A DNA stretch of 64,000 bases from assembly GCA_015490995.1 (NCBI GenBank), contig WFWT01000112.1:34272-98271 (forward strand), read 5' to 3'. How positions within the stretch are numbered: the stretch's first letter is position 1; every line of letters starts with the position of its first letter. The notes under the pieces are model-generated. The model saw only the letters and a program-made list of their open reading frames with translations. It did not search any database and was not told the DNA's origin. Of the stretch, positions 20,197-30,233 are shown one piece after another. The translations under genes were made by a program, and so were the position numbers. Source of the DNA: Anaerolineae bacterium (lineage in GTDB: Bacteria; Chloroflexota; Anaerolineae; JAADDB01).

Positions 20197-21351
20197 ATGA
20201 GCCAGGAAATTACGCTTAGTGTCATCAAAGCGGACGTCGGCGGATGGGTCGGTCACTCGGCCATGCACCCGGAACTCGAACGCGCTGCCCGTGAGGTGCT
20301 TAGCGAGGGCAAACAACGTGGCATTCTGGTGGACTACCATGTCACCCACTGTGGGGATGACCTGGAGCTTATCATGACCCACACCCGGGGGGTGGAGCAC
20401 CGGGACGTGCACGAGTTGGCTTGGCGGGCCTTTGAGCGCGCAACGGAAGCAGCCCGCGACTTAAAGCTGTACGGTGCCGGGCAGGATCTGCTCTCTGATG
20501 CATTCAGCGGTAACGTGCGGGGTATGGGACCGGGCGTGGCTGAAATGACATTCGTAGAGCGTAAATCGGAAACCATTGTTATCTTTTTGGCGGACAAGAC
20601 CTCTCCTGGAGCCTGGAACCTGCCCCTATTTCGCATGTTTGCCGATCCTTTCAACACGGCCGGATTGGTTATCTCCCCCACCTTGCACCACGGATTTCGG
20701 TTCGAAGTACACGACGTGCGTGAAAACAAGCGCATCATCCTGGATTGTCCGGAAGAAATGTATGACCTGCTTATCTTCATAGGCGCGCCCAGCCGGTACA
20801 ACATCAAGGCTGTGTACAGTCGGGCCACCGGAGAAATCGCGGCCGTCTCCTCCACCGACCGTCTTTCCCTCATTGCCGGTCGCTATGTCGGAAAGGATGA
20901 CCCGGTCTGTATTGTGCGGTGCCAATCCCAATTTCCCGCGGTAGGCGAAGTACTGGAACCCTTCGCCTTTCCCCATGTAGTGGAGGGGTGGATGCGCGGT
21001 TCCCACCACGGACCGCTTATGCCTGTGTCGCAGCGAGAAGCCCGGCCCAGCCGCTTTGACGGCCCCCCACGGGTAATCGCGCTGGGCTTTCAGCTAGCGG
21101 AAGGTCGCCTTATCGGTCCTGTAGACCTATTTGATGATCCCAGTTTTGATCTGGCTCGCCGGCAAGCGAACCTTATCGCCGGCTATCTGCGACGTCATGG
21201 GCCCTTCGAACCTCATCGGCTCCCCATGGAAGAGATGGAGTACACCACCCTTCCAGACGTCATGTCTCGCTTGGCCGACCGGATGGAACCCCTGGACGGT
21301 CGCCAGCCTCTAACGCAACCCGCGCCGCAGCCGGAAATGGATGTGGACTAA
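20197..21351 (+). CDS. fbp: Bifunctional fructose-1,6-bisphosphate aldolase/phosphatase (class V, archaeal type)
   Basis: [41 protein letters not shown] (Schiff-base Lys), [30 protein letters not shown]. Confidence 0.96.
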   Translation: MSQEITLSVIKADVGGWVGHSAMHPELERAAREVLSEGKQRGILVDYHVTHCGDDLELIMTHTRGVEHRDVHELAWRAFERATEAARDLKLYGAGQDLLSDAFSGNVRGMGPGVAEMTFVERKSETIVIFLADKTSPGAWNLPLFRMFADPFNTAGLVISPTLHHGFRFEVHDVRENKRIILDCPEEMYDLLIFIGAPSRYNIKAVYSRATGEIAAVSSTDRLSLIAGRYVGKDDPVCIVRCQSQFPAVGEVLEPFAFPHVVEGWMRGSHHGPLMPVSQREARPSRFDGPPRVIALGFQLAEGRLIGPVDLFDDPSFDLARRQANLIAGYLRRHGPFEPHRLPMEEMEYTTLPDVMSRLADRMEPLDGRQPLTQPAPQPEMDVD

Positions 21352-21365
21352 TTGAGGAGAGCACC

Positions 21366-23396
21366 ATGGATCACTACAGCGTGGAACAGTTGTGCGTCAA
21401 CGCCATTCGAACCCTGACCATGGACGCGGTACAGCGGGCCAATTCGGGACACCCAGGTATGCCGATGGGCATGGCCGACGCGGCGTTTGTGTTGTGGGCC
21501 CACTTTCTAAAACACGACCCCCTACACCCGTCCTGGCCAAATCGGGATCGCCTCATCCTGTCTGCAGGGCACGGCTCCATGCTGCTGTACGCGCTCTTAC
21601 ACCTGAGCGGTGTGCTCACCTTAGAAGAACTGAAACAGTTCCGACAATGGGGCAGCCGCACGCCAGGACACCCCGAATATGGAGTGACACCGGGTGTGGA
21701 AACGACCACTGGCCCCCTGGGACAGGGGTTCGCCAACGGCGTTGGTATGGCCATAGCTGAGAGGTGGCTAGCAGAACACTTCAACCAACCTGGCTTTCCC
21801 GTGGTGGACCACTACACTTACGCAATTGTAAGCGATGGTGATCTCATGGAAGGCATATCCCATGAGGCCGCCTCTCTCGCCGGCCACCTGGGGCTCGGCA
21901 AGCTGATCTACCTCTACGATGCAAACCGCATCTCCATCGACGGTCCCACGGATCTCACCTTCACCGAGGATGTAGCGTCCCGTTTTCGAGCGTATGGGTG
22001 GCAAGTCCTCGAGGTAGACGGCCACGACCGGGAAGCGGTGGCTCAAGCCATCACAACGGCCCAAGCAGACAGGGAGCATCCCAGCCTGATCATCTGTCAC
22101 ACGCATATCGCTTTTGGCAGTCCCAACAAACAGGATACCGCTGCCGCCCACGGCGCTCCCCTGGGCGAGGAAGAGGTTCGACGGACCAAAGAGAACCTAG
22201 GGTGGCCTGTCACTCCACCTTTTTACGTCCCCGAAACGGTGTACGCTTACTTCCGAGAGCGAGCTCACACTTGGAAAGCAGCTCGCACCACATGGGAAGA
22301 ACTCTTCAAGGCTTACACCAAGACACATCCGGAGCTGGCTGCTCAACTTCATGCTGCTTGGACAGGTCAGCTACCTGCCGGTTGGGAGGAAGTACTCCCC
22401 ACCTTTACTCCGGGCACGATGATGGCGACGCGCAGCGCCTCGGGCAACGTTCTGAACGCTATCGCTGCCCGACTTCCTACCCTTATTGGTGGATCGGCGG
22501 ACCTCTCGGGCTCTAACAAGACGTATCTCTCCGCTTATTCTCCTCTACAACGGCACGACTTTCAAGGCCGAAACATACACTTCGGGGTACGGGAGCACGC
22601 GATGGGCGCCATCCTGAACGGTATGGCCCTTCATGGCGGTGTCCGTCCTTACGGAGGGACCTTCCTCGTCTTTTCCGACTACATGCGCCCGGCTATCCGC
22701 ATGGCCGCGTTGATGGCGCTACCGGTAATATTCGTTTTCACCCATGACAGCATCTTTGTAGGCGAGGATGGGCCCACGCACCAACCGGTAGAACATCTGC
22801 TGGCCCTGCGTGCCATTCCCAACCTGGTCGTCATCCGACCGGCTGACGCGATTGAAACGGCGGCTGCCTGGCGCGTGGCTCTGCACCGGCGCACAGGTCC
22901 CACGGCACTGGTGCTAACCCGGCAGAAGGTGCCGGTCATTGACCATCACGCGCTCAAGAGCCCGGTGGCCGTCATGCGGGGAGCATACATCTTGGCACGT
23001 GAACCTGGTAATCACCCTGACCTTATCCTTATTGCCTCCGGTTCAGAAGTAGCCCTTGCCCTAGCAGCCTGGAAACGCTTGATTGCTGACGGCGTTCAAG
23101 CTCGGGTGGTAAGCATGCCTTCATGGGAACTGTTCGCCGAGCAACCACCTGCCTATCAAGCCGAGGTACTACCCTCCACCGTCCGGGCCCGAGTAGCTAT
23201 CGAAGCCGGTCTCTCGCTGGGTTGGGAACGCTATGTGGGACCAGAAGGTACCGTCATCAGTGTGGAACGGTTTGGTGCTTCGGCACCCTATCAGGTCATG
23301 GCAGAAAAGTTCGGCTTTACCGTGGACAACGTGCTCACCCACGCCTATCGTGTGCTGCAGGCCACCCATGCCCCTGCCGTGAAAATTCCCGGATAA
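21366..23396 (+). CDS. tkt: Transketolase
   Basis: [45 protein letters not shown]. Confidence 0.97.
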   Translation: MDHYSVEQLCVNAIRTLTMDAVQRANSGHPGMPMGMADAAFVLWAHFLKHDPLHPSWPNRDRLILSAGHGSMLLYALLHLSGVLTLEELKQFRQWGSRTPGHPEYGVTPGVETTTGPLGQGFANGVGMAIAERWLAEHFNQPGFPVVDHYTYAIVSDGDLMEGISHEAASLAGHLGLGKLIYLYDANRISIDGPTDLTFTEDVASRFRAYGWQVLEVDGHDREAVAQAITTAQADREHPSLIICHTHIAFGSPNKQDTAAAHGAPLGEEEVRRTKENLGWPVTPPFYVPETVYAYFRERAHTWKAARTTWEELFKAYTKTHPELAAQLHAAWTGQLPAGWEEVLPTFTPGTMMATRSASGNVLNAIAARLPTLIGGSADLSGSNKTYLSAYSPLQRHDFQGRNIHFGVREHAMGAILNGMALHGGVRPYGGTFLVFSDYMRPAIRMAALMALPVIFVFTHDSIFVGEDGPTHQPVEHLLALRAIPNLVVIRPADAIETAAAWRVALHRRTGPTALVLTRQKVPVIDHHALKSPVAVMRGAYILAREPGNHPDLILIASGSEVALALAAWKRLIADGVQARVVSMPSWELFAEQPPAYQAEVLPSTVRARVAIEAGLSLGWERYVGPEGTVISVERFGASAPYQVMAEKFGFTVDNVLTHAYRVLQATHAPAVKIPG

Positions 23397-23413
23397 CCGG
23401 AGGGAGGTGAACT

Positions 23414-24091
23414 ATGCGCATCTTTCTTGACACCGCCAACCTGGATGACATTCGTGAAATCGCCCGGTGGGGCATTATCTCAGGCGTCACCACCAACCCC
23501 ACTCTCCTCGCACGGGAAGGGAAAAACGTGCGGGACGTGATTGTGGAGATTTGTGAGATCGTTAACGGACCGGTCAGCATGGAAGTAGTCTCCACCGACG
23601 CTGAAGGTATGGTCCGAGAAGCACGGGAGTACGTCACTTGGCATCCCAACGTGATTATCAAGATTCCCATGATCCCGGAGGGATTGGCAGCAACAGCCAT
23701 CCTGGCCCGGGAAGGTATCCAGGTCAACATGACCCTGATCTTTAACCCCAACCAGGCCCTTTTCGCCGCTTTGGCCGGTGCCGCCTACGTTAGCCCATTC
23801 TTGGGACGCCTAGACGACATATCTACCGAGGGGATGGACCTAATCCGTGAAATTGTGGCCGTGTTCCGCCAGGATGCGCATCTGGACACGCAGATTTTGG
23901 CCGCGTCGCTGCGGCATCCACGGCACCTGGTAGAAGCGGCCAAGGCCGGCGCGGATGTGGCTACCTGTCCACCGGCTGTCATCCGGAAGGCGCTCAAACA
24001 TCCTCTCACCGATATCGGTCTGGAACGCTTCCTGAACGACTGGCGCCAACTTGAGGCTACCCTCACACGGGAAGTAGCCCGTGTGTCGTGA
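23414..24091 (+). CDS. tal: Transaldolase (short FSA/TalC-type fold, transaldolase signature)
   Basis: [18 protein letters not shown] (Schiff-base Lys). Glu in VSMEV and Phe in YVSPFLGR are the residues that distinguish Tal from F6P aldolase (Gln/Tyr). Confidence 0.92.
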   Translation: MRIFLDTANLDDIREIARWGIISGVTTNPTLLAREGKNVRDVIVEICEIVNGPVSMEVVSTDAEGMVREAREYVTWHPNVIIKIPMIPEGLAATAILAREGIQVNMTLIFNPNQALFAALAGAAYVSPFLGRLDDISTEGMDLIREIVAVFRQDAHLDTQILAASLRHPRHLVEAAKAGADVATCPPAVIRKALKHPLTDIGLERFLNDWRQLEATLTREVARVS

Positions 24092-24164
24092 TACTGAACC
24101 CGACATGTGGTTATCACCCATGATGTTTACAACAAACGCAATGGTTTAACAGGAGGATGGTGAC

Positions 24165-25592
24165 ATGACGCAGAAGTTCGAGCAGCTCTATGATGCCGGG
24201 GTTAAGCCGTACAGCGAGTCGGGCTACCTGGATCTGGACTACACGCCCGGCCCTCATGATGTGCTTGCTGCCTTTCGTATCACACCCCAGCCTAACGTGT
24301 CCTGGGAGGAAGCTGCCGCTGCTGTGGCGGCGGAGTCCTCGTTTGCTACGTGGACCCAAGTGTGGTCCGACTACTTAGTGGACGGCGACCAGTATAAGGC
24401 ACGCGTGTACGAGATTAAGCCCATCCCCGGACGCGATCACCAGTTCATAGCTTACATCGCCTATCCCCTCGACCTGTTCGAGGAAGGATCGCTGCCAAAC
24501 CTTATGTCCTCGCTGGTGGGCAACGTGTTCGGCTTCAAACCGCTACGGGCCCTGCGCTTGGAGGACTTGTACTTCCCTCCTGCGTACTTGAAGACATTCC
24601 AAGGCCCCCCACACGGTATTCAGGTTGAGCGAGACAAGCTAAACAAATACGGCCGTCCCCTCCTCGGAGGAACCATGAAGCCCAAGTTAGGGCTATCAGC
24701 CAAAAATTACGGCCGATTGATATACGAAGCACTTCGAGGGGGACTGGACTTTACAAAAGACGACGAAAACATAACCTCCCAGCCCTTTATGCGATGGCGT
24801 GACCGATACGAGATCGTGATGGAGGCGGTTCACAAGGCCGAAGCAGAGACCGGTGAACGCAAAGGGCATTACTTAAATGTCACAGCCCACACCATGGAGG
24901 AAATTTACAAGCGCGCGGAATTCGCCAAGGAATTGGGGGCCCGCATCATTATGGTGGACTACCTGATTATCGGTTTCACCGCGTTCACCTCCTTGTCCAA
25001 GTGGTGCAGGGAAAACGGTCTACTTCTCCACGCCCACCGAGCCTTCCACTCGGTGATCGACCGCCATCCCGATCACGGCATTCACTGGCGCGTCCTGGCC
25101 AAATGGTGTCGCATCGTAGGGGCAGACCATGTCCACAATGGGACGGTGGTGGGCAAGCTGGAGGCTGATCGTGCGTCCACCATCGCCATCAACAAAATGC
25201 TCCGTGACCCTTACGTGCGCGCGGAGGACGCTCCGGGATTTCACTTCGACCAGCCATGGCTTTCCATGCCCGGCATGTTCCCTGTCGCCTCGGGAGGCAT
25301 TCACGTGTGGCACATGCCCGAACTGGTGCACATCTTTGGGGACGACGTGGTGCTCCAGTTCGGCGGCGGCACTGTGGGGCATCCCTGGGGCAGCGCGGCC
25401 GGCGCTACCGCCAACCGTGTCGCGCTGGAAGCGGTGATTAAAGCCCGTAATGAGGGTCGCGACCTGCTCCGTGAAGGCCGCGATATCCTCCTAGAGGCCG
25501 CACGCCACAGTCCCGAACTGCGAGTAGCCCTGGAAACCTGGAAGGATGTCACTTTCGATTACGAAACCGTGGATAAACTAGTGACTGTGTGA
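24165..25592 (+). CDS. rbcL: Form I Rubisco large subunit
   Basis: [57 protein letters not shown] aggagg. Confidence 0.98.
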   Translation: MTQKFEQLYDAGVKPYSESGYLDLDYTPGPHDVLAAFRITPQPNVSWEEAAAAVAAESSFATWTQVWSDYLVDGDQYKARVYEIKPIPGRDHQFIAYIAYPLDLFEEGSLPNLMSSLVGNVFGFKPLRALRLEDLYFPPAYLKTFQGPPHGIQVERDKLNKYGRPLLGGTMKPKLGLSAKNYGRLIYEALRGGLDFTKDDENITSQPFMRWRDRYEIVMEAVHKAEAETGERKGHYLNVTAHTMEEIYKRAEFAKELGARIIMVDYLIIGFTAFTSLSKWCRENGLLLHAHRAFHSVIDRHPDHGIHWRVLAKWCRIVGADHVHNGTVVGKLEADRASTIAINKMLRDPYVRAEDAPGFHFDQPWLSMPGMFPVASGGIHVWHMPELVHIFGDDVVLQFGGGTVGHPWGSAAGATANRVALEAVIKARNEGRDLLREGRDILLEAARHSPELRVALETWKDVTFDYETVDKLVTV

Positions 25593-25606
25593 ACAGGAGG
25601 TGCGCT

Positions 25607-25930
25607 ATGCCACGCCGTGCAGGAACCTTTGCCTATCTTCCCCCGTTGACTCGGGAAGAAATTGCCCGTCAGGTCAAATACATCCTCCAGCAGGGTTGGA
25701 TTCCCGGCGTGGAATTCGCCCGGGAAGAGGAAGTGGATGACGACTTTCGCCATTGGTGGAAACTGCCCCTCTTTAATGCCCGGTCTGTCGAAGAGGTCAT
25801 GGCCGAGGTGGAAGCCTGTCGCGAGGCCCACCCCGACTGTTACATCTTCGTCACCGGGTACAACCCCCATCAACAACACCTTAAACTGGACTTTGTCGCC
25901 TATTACCCCTCAAGTACCTCGCGCGACTGA
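25607..25930 (+). CDS. rbcS: Rubisco small subunit
   Basis: GTFAYLPPLT, QVKYILQQGWIPGVEF, WWKLPLF, EVEACREAHPDCYI. ATG 25607 with RBS aggagg. Confidence 0.95.
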   Translation: MPRRAGTFAYLPPLTREEIARQVKYILQQGWIPGVEFAREEEVDDDFRHWWKLPLFNARSVEEVMAEVEACREAHPDCYIFVTGYNPHQQHLKLDFVAYYPSSTSRD

Positions 25931-25957
25931 GTCCGGAGGAACGAAAGGAGGGCATAC

Positions 25958-26896
25958 ATGGCGCGACGACCGATCATCTTAGGGGTGGTGGGAGACAGCG
26001 CGGCGGGCAAAACCACCCTTTCACGGGGTATTCGCGAGTCCATCGGTGCCGACCGAGTAACTATTATCTGCACCGACGACTATCACAAGTACAACCGCAA
26101 GCAACGTAAGGAACTGGGCATCACCGCGCTCCACCCCGATTGCAACTACATTGATATCATCGAACAACACCTGCGCTTGCTACGGGAGGGTCAGCCCATT
26201 CTCAAGCCGGTGTACAACCACAGCACGGGGGACTTCGATCCCCCAGAATACGTGCAACCTACGGAGTTCATTATCGTGGAAGGGTTACTGGCTTATCACA
26301 CCCGTGCAATGCGCGAATGTTTTGACGTTAAGGTCTATCTTGACCCTCCCGAGGATCTACGGCGCATCTGGAAAATCCGGCGCGACACTGCCAAGCGCGG
26401 TTACACCGTCGAACAAGTACTAGAAGCCCTACGCAAGCGGGAACAGGATTCCGCCCAGTTCATTCGGCCGCAACGCCGGTACGCGGACATCGTGGTGCGA
26501 TTTTACCCACCCGATGGTCTCTCCCCTAAGGAGGCGAACGGCCATTTGAACGTGCGTCTGGTGTTGCGGCCGACCATCCCCCACCCGGACATGACAGACC
26601 TGCTGGCATATGCCGGTTCCCCAAACCAGGGCCCCATCCGCCTGGTGCTGGGTCGGGATGAAGGCCGCCCGGTTGATTTCCTGGAAATTGACGGCAACAT
26701 TGCCCCGCGACAAGCGGAAGAGCTGGAGCACCTGATTTGGGGACACATGCCCCCCGATATTCGCCTCCGCCCCGAGCGGTTGGGTATCTACATGAACGGC
26801 ACACGTGAAGAACGCAGTTATCCCCTTGCTCTGGTGCAACTGTTACTCGCGTACCATATGTTCGTCGCACGGGACATGCCCCACATGGTGCGTTAA
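25958..26896 (+). CDS. prk: Phosphoribulokinase
   Basis: GVVGDSAAGKTT, ICTDDYHKY, ITALHP, KPVYNHSTG, WKIRRDTAKRGY. Located in the rbc operon. Confidence 0.93.
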   Translation: MARRPIILGVVGDSAAGKTTLSRGIRESIGADRVTIICTDDYHKYNRKQRKELGITALHPDCNYIDIIEQHLRLLREGQPILKPVYNHSTGDFDPPEYVQPTEFIIVEGLLAYHTRAMRECFDVKVYLDPPEDLRRIWKIRRDTAKRGYTVEQVLEALRKREQDSAQFIRPQRRYADIVVRFYPPDGLSPKEANGHLNVRLVLRPTIPHPDMTDLLAYAGSPNQGPIRLVLGRDEGRPVDFLEIDGNIAPRQAEELEHLIWGHMPPDIRLRPERLGIYMNGTREERSYPLALVQLLLAYHMFVARDMPHMVR

Positions 26897-26923
26897 GGAG
26901 CCTATCCAACAGGGCGTGAAACG

Positions 26924-27658
26924 ATGAACGCCACAGAACACTTGAAACAACAGGCAGCACAGTATGCCGTACGCCACTACGTCGAGGACCACATGATAGT
27001 GGGCTTGGGCACGGGCTCCACTGCCCGATACGCGCTGGAAGCTATTGCTGCACGGCGGGCCGCAGGGGAACTCCAGCATATTCTCGGTGTGCCCACCTCC
27101 CAAGCGACTGCCCGTCTGGCCCGCAAGCTGGATATCCCGTTGACTACCTTAGAAGCACACCCGGTGATCGATGTAACTATCGACGGGGCAGATGAGGTAG
27201 CTCCTGACCTAAGTCTCATCAAAGGCGGGGGTGGGGCCCTATTATGGGAAAAAATTGTTGCCCTCGCCTCTCATCGGCGGGTCATCGTCGTGGATGAGAG
27301 TAAACGGGTAGACCGCCTGGGCACTCGTATTCCATTGCCTGTAGAAGTGGTGCCTTTTGGATGGCGCACCCTGTGGCCTTTCCTGGAGGGGCTCGGGGCT
27401 ATCCCCCGACTGCGAATGCGTTCACTGGAGGGTAAGGAACTCCCCTTCACCACGGATAGCGGCCATTATATCATCGACTGCGAGTTTCCCGAGGGTATTG
27501 TCGATCCTCAACCACTGGCTGAAACGCTGAAGGCCCAAGTGGGTGTGGTGGAACATGGGCTCTTCCTGAACATTGCTACCGAGGTGATAGTGGCCACATC
27601 TCAAGGGATAGAGGTGATGCGTCATGGTGAAATTAGCGCCCTCCATTCTGTCCGCTGA
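26924..27658 (+). CDS. rpiA: Ribose-5-phosphate isomerase A
   Basis: GLGTGST, IDGADEV, IKGGGGALLWEK, GVVEHGLF. Confidence 0.97.
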   Translation: MNATEHLKQQAAQYAVRHYVEDHMIVGLGTGSTARYALEAIAARRAAGELQHILGVPTSQATARLARKLDIPLTTLEAHPVIDVTIDGADEVAPDLSLIKGGGGALLWEKIVALASHRRVIVVDESKRVDRLGTRIPLPVEVVPFGWRTLWPFLEGLGAIPRLRMRSLEGKELPFTTDSGHYIIDCEFPEGIVDPQPLAETLKAQVGVVEHGLFLNIATEVIVATSQGIEVMRHGEISALHSVR

Positions 27659-28316
27659 CTTTTCCCGACTGGGCGAACAGGTGCAGGAAGCCATTGCTGC
27701 CGGGGCGGACTGGCTCCACGTCGACGTAATGGACGGCCACTTTGTGCCCAACCTGACCATTGGTCCCTTGGTGGTAGAAGCTATCCGCCCCTTGGCCCAG
27801 GCCCACAACGTTCCCCTGGACGTACACCTGATGATCGAAACACCGGAACGATACATTCAAGCCTTCGCACAAGCGGGTGCGAACATTTTGACCGTACAAG
27901 TCGAGGCATGCGTCCACCTGCATCGCACGGTGCAAGCCATCAAAGAGGCCGGCATGCAGGCAGGTGTTGCCCTGAACCCCGCTACCCCCCTGATAGCCGT
28001 GGAGGAGATCCTTCCGTTTATTGACGTCCTCCTCATCATGTCGGTAAATCCGGGATTTGGGGGCCAGACATACATTCCTACCAGTACCGCGAAGATCGCT
28101 CGGGCGCGCGCGATGATCGACCGACAGGGGCTTGCCGTGGAGTTGGAAGTGGATGGCGGAGTAAAAGCACACAACGCTGCTCAGATAGCACGGGCCGGGG
28201 CAACGGTACTGGTGGCAGGCTCGGCCATCTTCAACAAGGAACGCTCCGTTGCCGAGAACATGACAGCAATTCGTCAAGCCCTGGCCGAGGTAGACAGCCG
28301 TATCCTGAACCTCTGA
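27624..28316 (+). CDS. rpe: Ribulose-phosphate 3-epimerase
   Basis: APSILSADF, HVDVMDGHFVPN, DVHLM, MSVNPGFGGQ, EVDGG. Confidence 0.97.
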   Translation: MVKLAPSILSADFSRLGEQVQEAIAAGADWLHVDVMDGHFVPNLTIGPLVVEAIRPLAQAHNVPLDVHLMIETPERYIQAFAQAGANILTVQVEACVHLHRTVQAIKEAGMQAGVALNPATPLIAVEEILPFIDVLLIMSVNPGFGGQTYIPTSTAKIARARAMIDRQGLAVELEVDGGVKAHNAAQIARAGATVLVAGSAIFNKERSVAENMTAIRQALAEVDSRILNL

Positions 28317-28342
28317 TCACCAATACACTCCTCAAATAATGG

Positions 28343-30001
28343 TCATAAAGACCGCACCATGTACAATTCCCTCAACTCAAAGCCTAGGCGCCGGTAATAA
28401 TTGCGCGTCCCAATCGCTGCGATAACGCCTATCTCCCGGTAGCCCGCTTCCCGAGCAATGGCCATGGCCTGTGCGATCAAGCGGCGCCCTAGCCCACTGT
28501 GCTGGGCCTCTCCTTCCCCATCCGTCCCCAGGGGCAAGGCTGGCCCATACACGTGGACCTCACGGATCATAGCCGCGTGACGGATTTCTTCCACAGGCAC
28601 CACGTCTGGCGTCTGGGGAAGGGCCAACCGCAAAAAACCGGCTATTCGATTCTCGGGGGTCACAAAGGAAAGGAAGTATTCTCGCGTCACATCCGTCTCA
28701 TACGTGAGAACATCCAACCGCAACGTCGCGGGATCCACCCGCTGATGACGTATCTCCCGACATCGAATACATTGACACTGCATGCCTCGTTCGGCCATGT
28801 AAGCATGAACCAATTGTCGCAAATTGGTTTTCTTGTTCCCTGCCACAATGTGAGGCGTTGGAATGTCTCGAAATACCCGGTTAATGCGACAATAACGGGG
28901 GACCTGTGTCTTGCACCGCGCGATGAGGTCAACCAAGACCTGTTCCTCATAGGGTTGATACTTGCCCTCCAGCCAATACTGATACAGTTCGGTGTTTTCC
29001 AGCAGCGAAGTGGGATAAATTTTCAACTCGTCCGGACGGATGGCCGGGTCCTTCCAGAGGCGGAGGAAGTCTTCATAGTCGGATGCGGGAGTCGCACCGT
29101 ACAGGTTGGCCATCCAGTGGACCACGATCTTAAACCCTGCAGCTCGCAGAAGCCGAATCGCTCGTCGAGTATCTTCAACCGTGTGCCCTCGCTTGTTCAG
29201 GGCCAATATGCGATCATCCAGGCTCTGCAACCCAAGTTGTACCTTGGTTACTCCCAAACGACGCAACCGTACAATCTCGCGAGGGGAGATAGCATCCGGA
29301 CGGGTTTCAATAACCAGACCCACATTGCGATGGGGTGCTGTCTCGTTTAGGCGTTGGGCTTCCTCGAGGGAAGCCGCTTCCACCCCGTTCATGGCATCAA
29401 AGCACCGCTTGATAAACCATTCCTGATAATCTCGCGGATACGCAGACCACGTCCCCCCGAGGATAAGCAATTCCACCTTGCTGGCATCATGCCCTATCGC
29501 CTCGAAAGCACGAATACGGCTTAGAGTTTGTCGATAGGGGTCGAACTCGTTCTGAAGGGCCCGCTGGGCACCCGGTTCATCAGGGACATAACTCTTGGGC
29601 ATGTTAATAAACGTCGGGCAAAAAATGCACTTGCCCGGACAAGGGTACGGCTTGGTGAGGACGGTCACTGGTGCAACACCTGAGCTGGTACGTACCGGCT
29701 TGCGTTGCAAGCGCCGGAGGAACTCTCGGTCAAAGGGCAAGGCTCCTTCAGCGACCAATGCCCGATATCCACTCACAACCTCCGTTTTACTAGGCACATA
29801 TCCGGTATGTCGAGCATACCGGCGGGCCACGCGAGCATATACATCAGAGCCAGATGCGTCCCCTTCTTCCCAGGCCGCACGCAGTACCTCTAACAAGAGC
29901 GCTTTGTTCAACACTACCGTGCGTTCTACTCGCTCGCGCGAGGACCAGCTCAGCACCTCCATAATATACGTCTCTCCCGTTCTCCCAATCGGTCTCCTCA
30001 A
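28343..30001 (-). CDS. Elp3-family tRNA uridine(34) acetyltransferase (radical SAM + GNAT)
   Basis: PVRTSSGVAPV, CPGKCIFCP, IETRPD, PDELKIYP, CQCIRCRE, IREVHVYG, QHSGLG, RNYYRRLG. True start may be ATG 29962. Confidence 0.93.
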   Translation of the reverse strand: MRRPIGRTGETYIMEVLSWSSRERVERTVVLNKALLLEVLRAAWEEGDASGSDVYARVARRYARHTGYVPSKTEVVSGYRALVAEGALPFDREFLRRLQRKPVRTSSGVAPVTVLTKPYPCPGKCIFCPTFINMPKSYVPDEPGAQRALQNEFDPYRQTLSRIRAFEAIGHDASKVELLILGGTWSAYPRDYQEWFIKRCFDAMNGVEAASLEEAQRLNETAPHRNVGLVIETRPDAISPREIVRLRRLGVTKVQLGLQSLDDRILALNKRGHTVEDTRRAIRLLRAAGFKIVVHWMANLYGATPASDYEDFLRLWKDPAIRPDELKIYPTSLLENTELYQYWLEGKYQPYEEQVLVDLIARCKTQVPRYCRINRVFRDIPTPHIVAGNKKTNLRQLVHAYMAERGMQCQCIRCREIRHQRVDPATLRLDVLTYETDVTREYFLSFVTPENRIAGFLRLALPQTPDVVPVEEIRHAAMIREVHVYGPALPLGTDGEGEAQHSGLGRRLIAQAMAIAREAGYREIGVIAAIGTRNYYRRLGFELRELYMVRSL

Positions 30002-30233
30002 CCCCTCGCTCTGGTCTTCACCTTCCTCCCCTGACTGACAATAAATAATATCCGGGATTCCTCTAAAAGGAAAACGCGGAGAAGGACTAAACTCGGTGCG
30101 TTTTTACCTTTCGTAAAGCTATTCTGTTTGGCTTCTGCTAGGCAGGCCATGTAAACTGTCTTTGGCGGCATTGAAATCGCCGCCCGAGCAAAGGGAACCG
30201 TTCTGGCCTTATCAGCGGACGGAGGAGGCATCA

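Noticed and set aside
23414-24091. Fructose-6-phosphate aldolase (fsa) assignment
   Set aside because: Active-site Glu and Phe indicate transaldolase rather than the Gln/Tyr FSA type.
24165-25592. Form I' (small-subunit-less) or form IV Rubisco-like protein
   Set aside because: An rbcS follows directly and all catalytic residues are present.
28499-29350. 283 aa + strand ORF
   Set aside because: Antisense shadow of the Elp3 gene.
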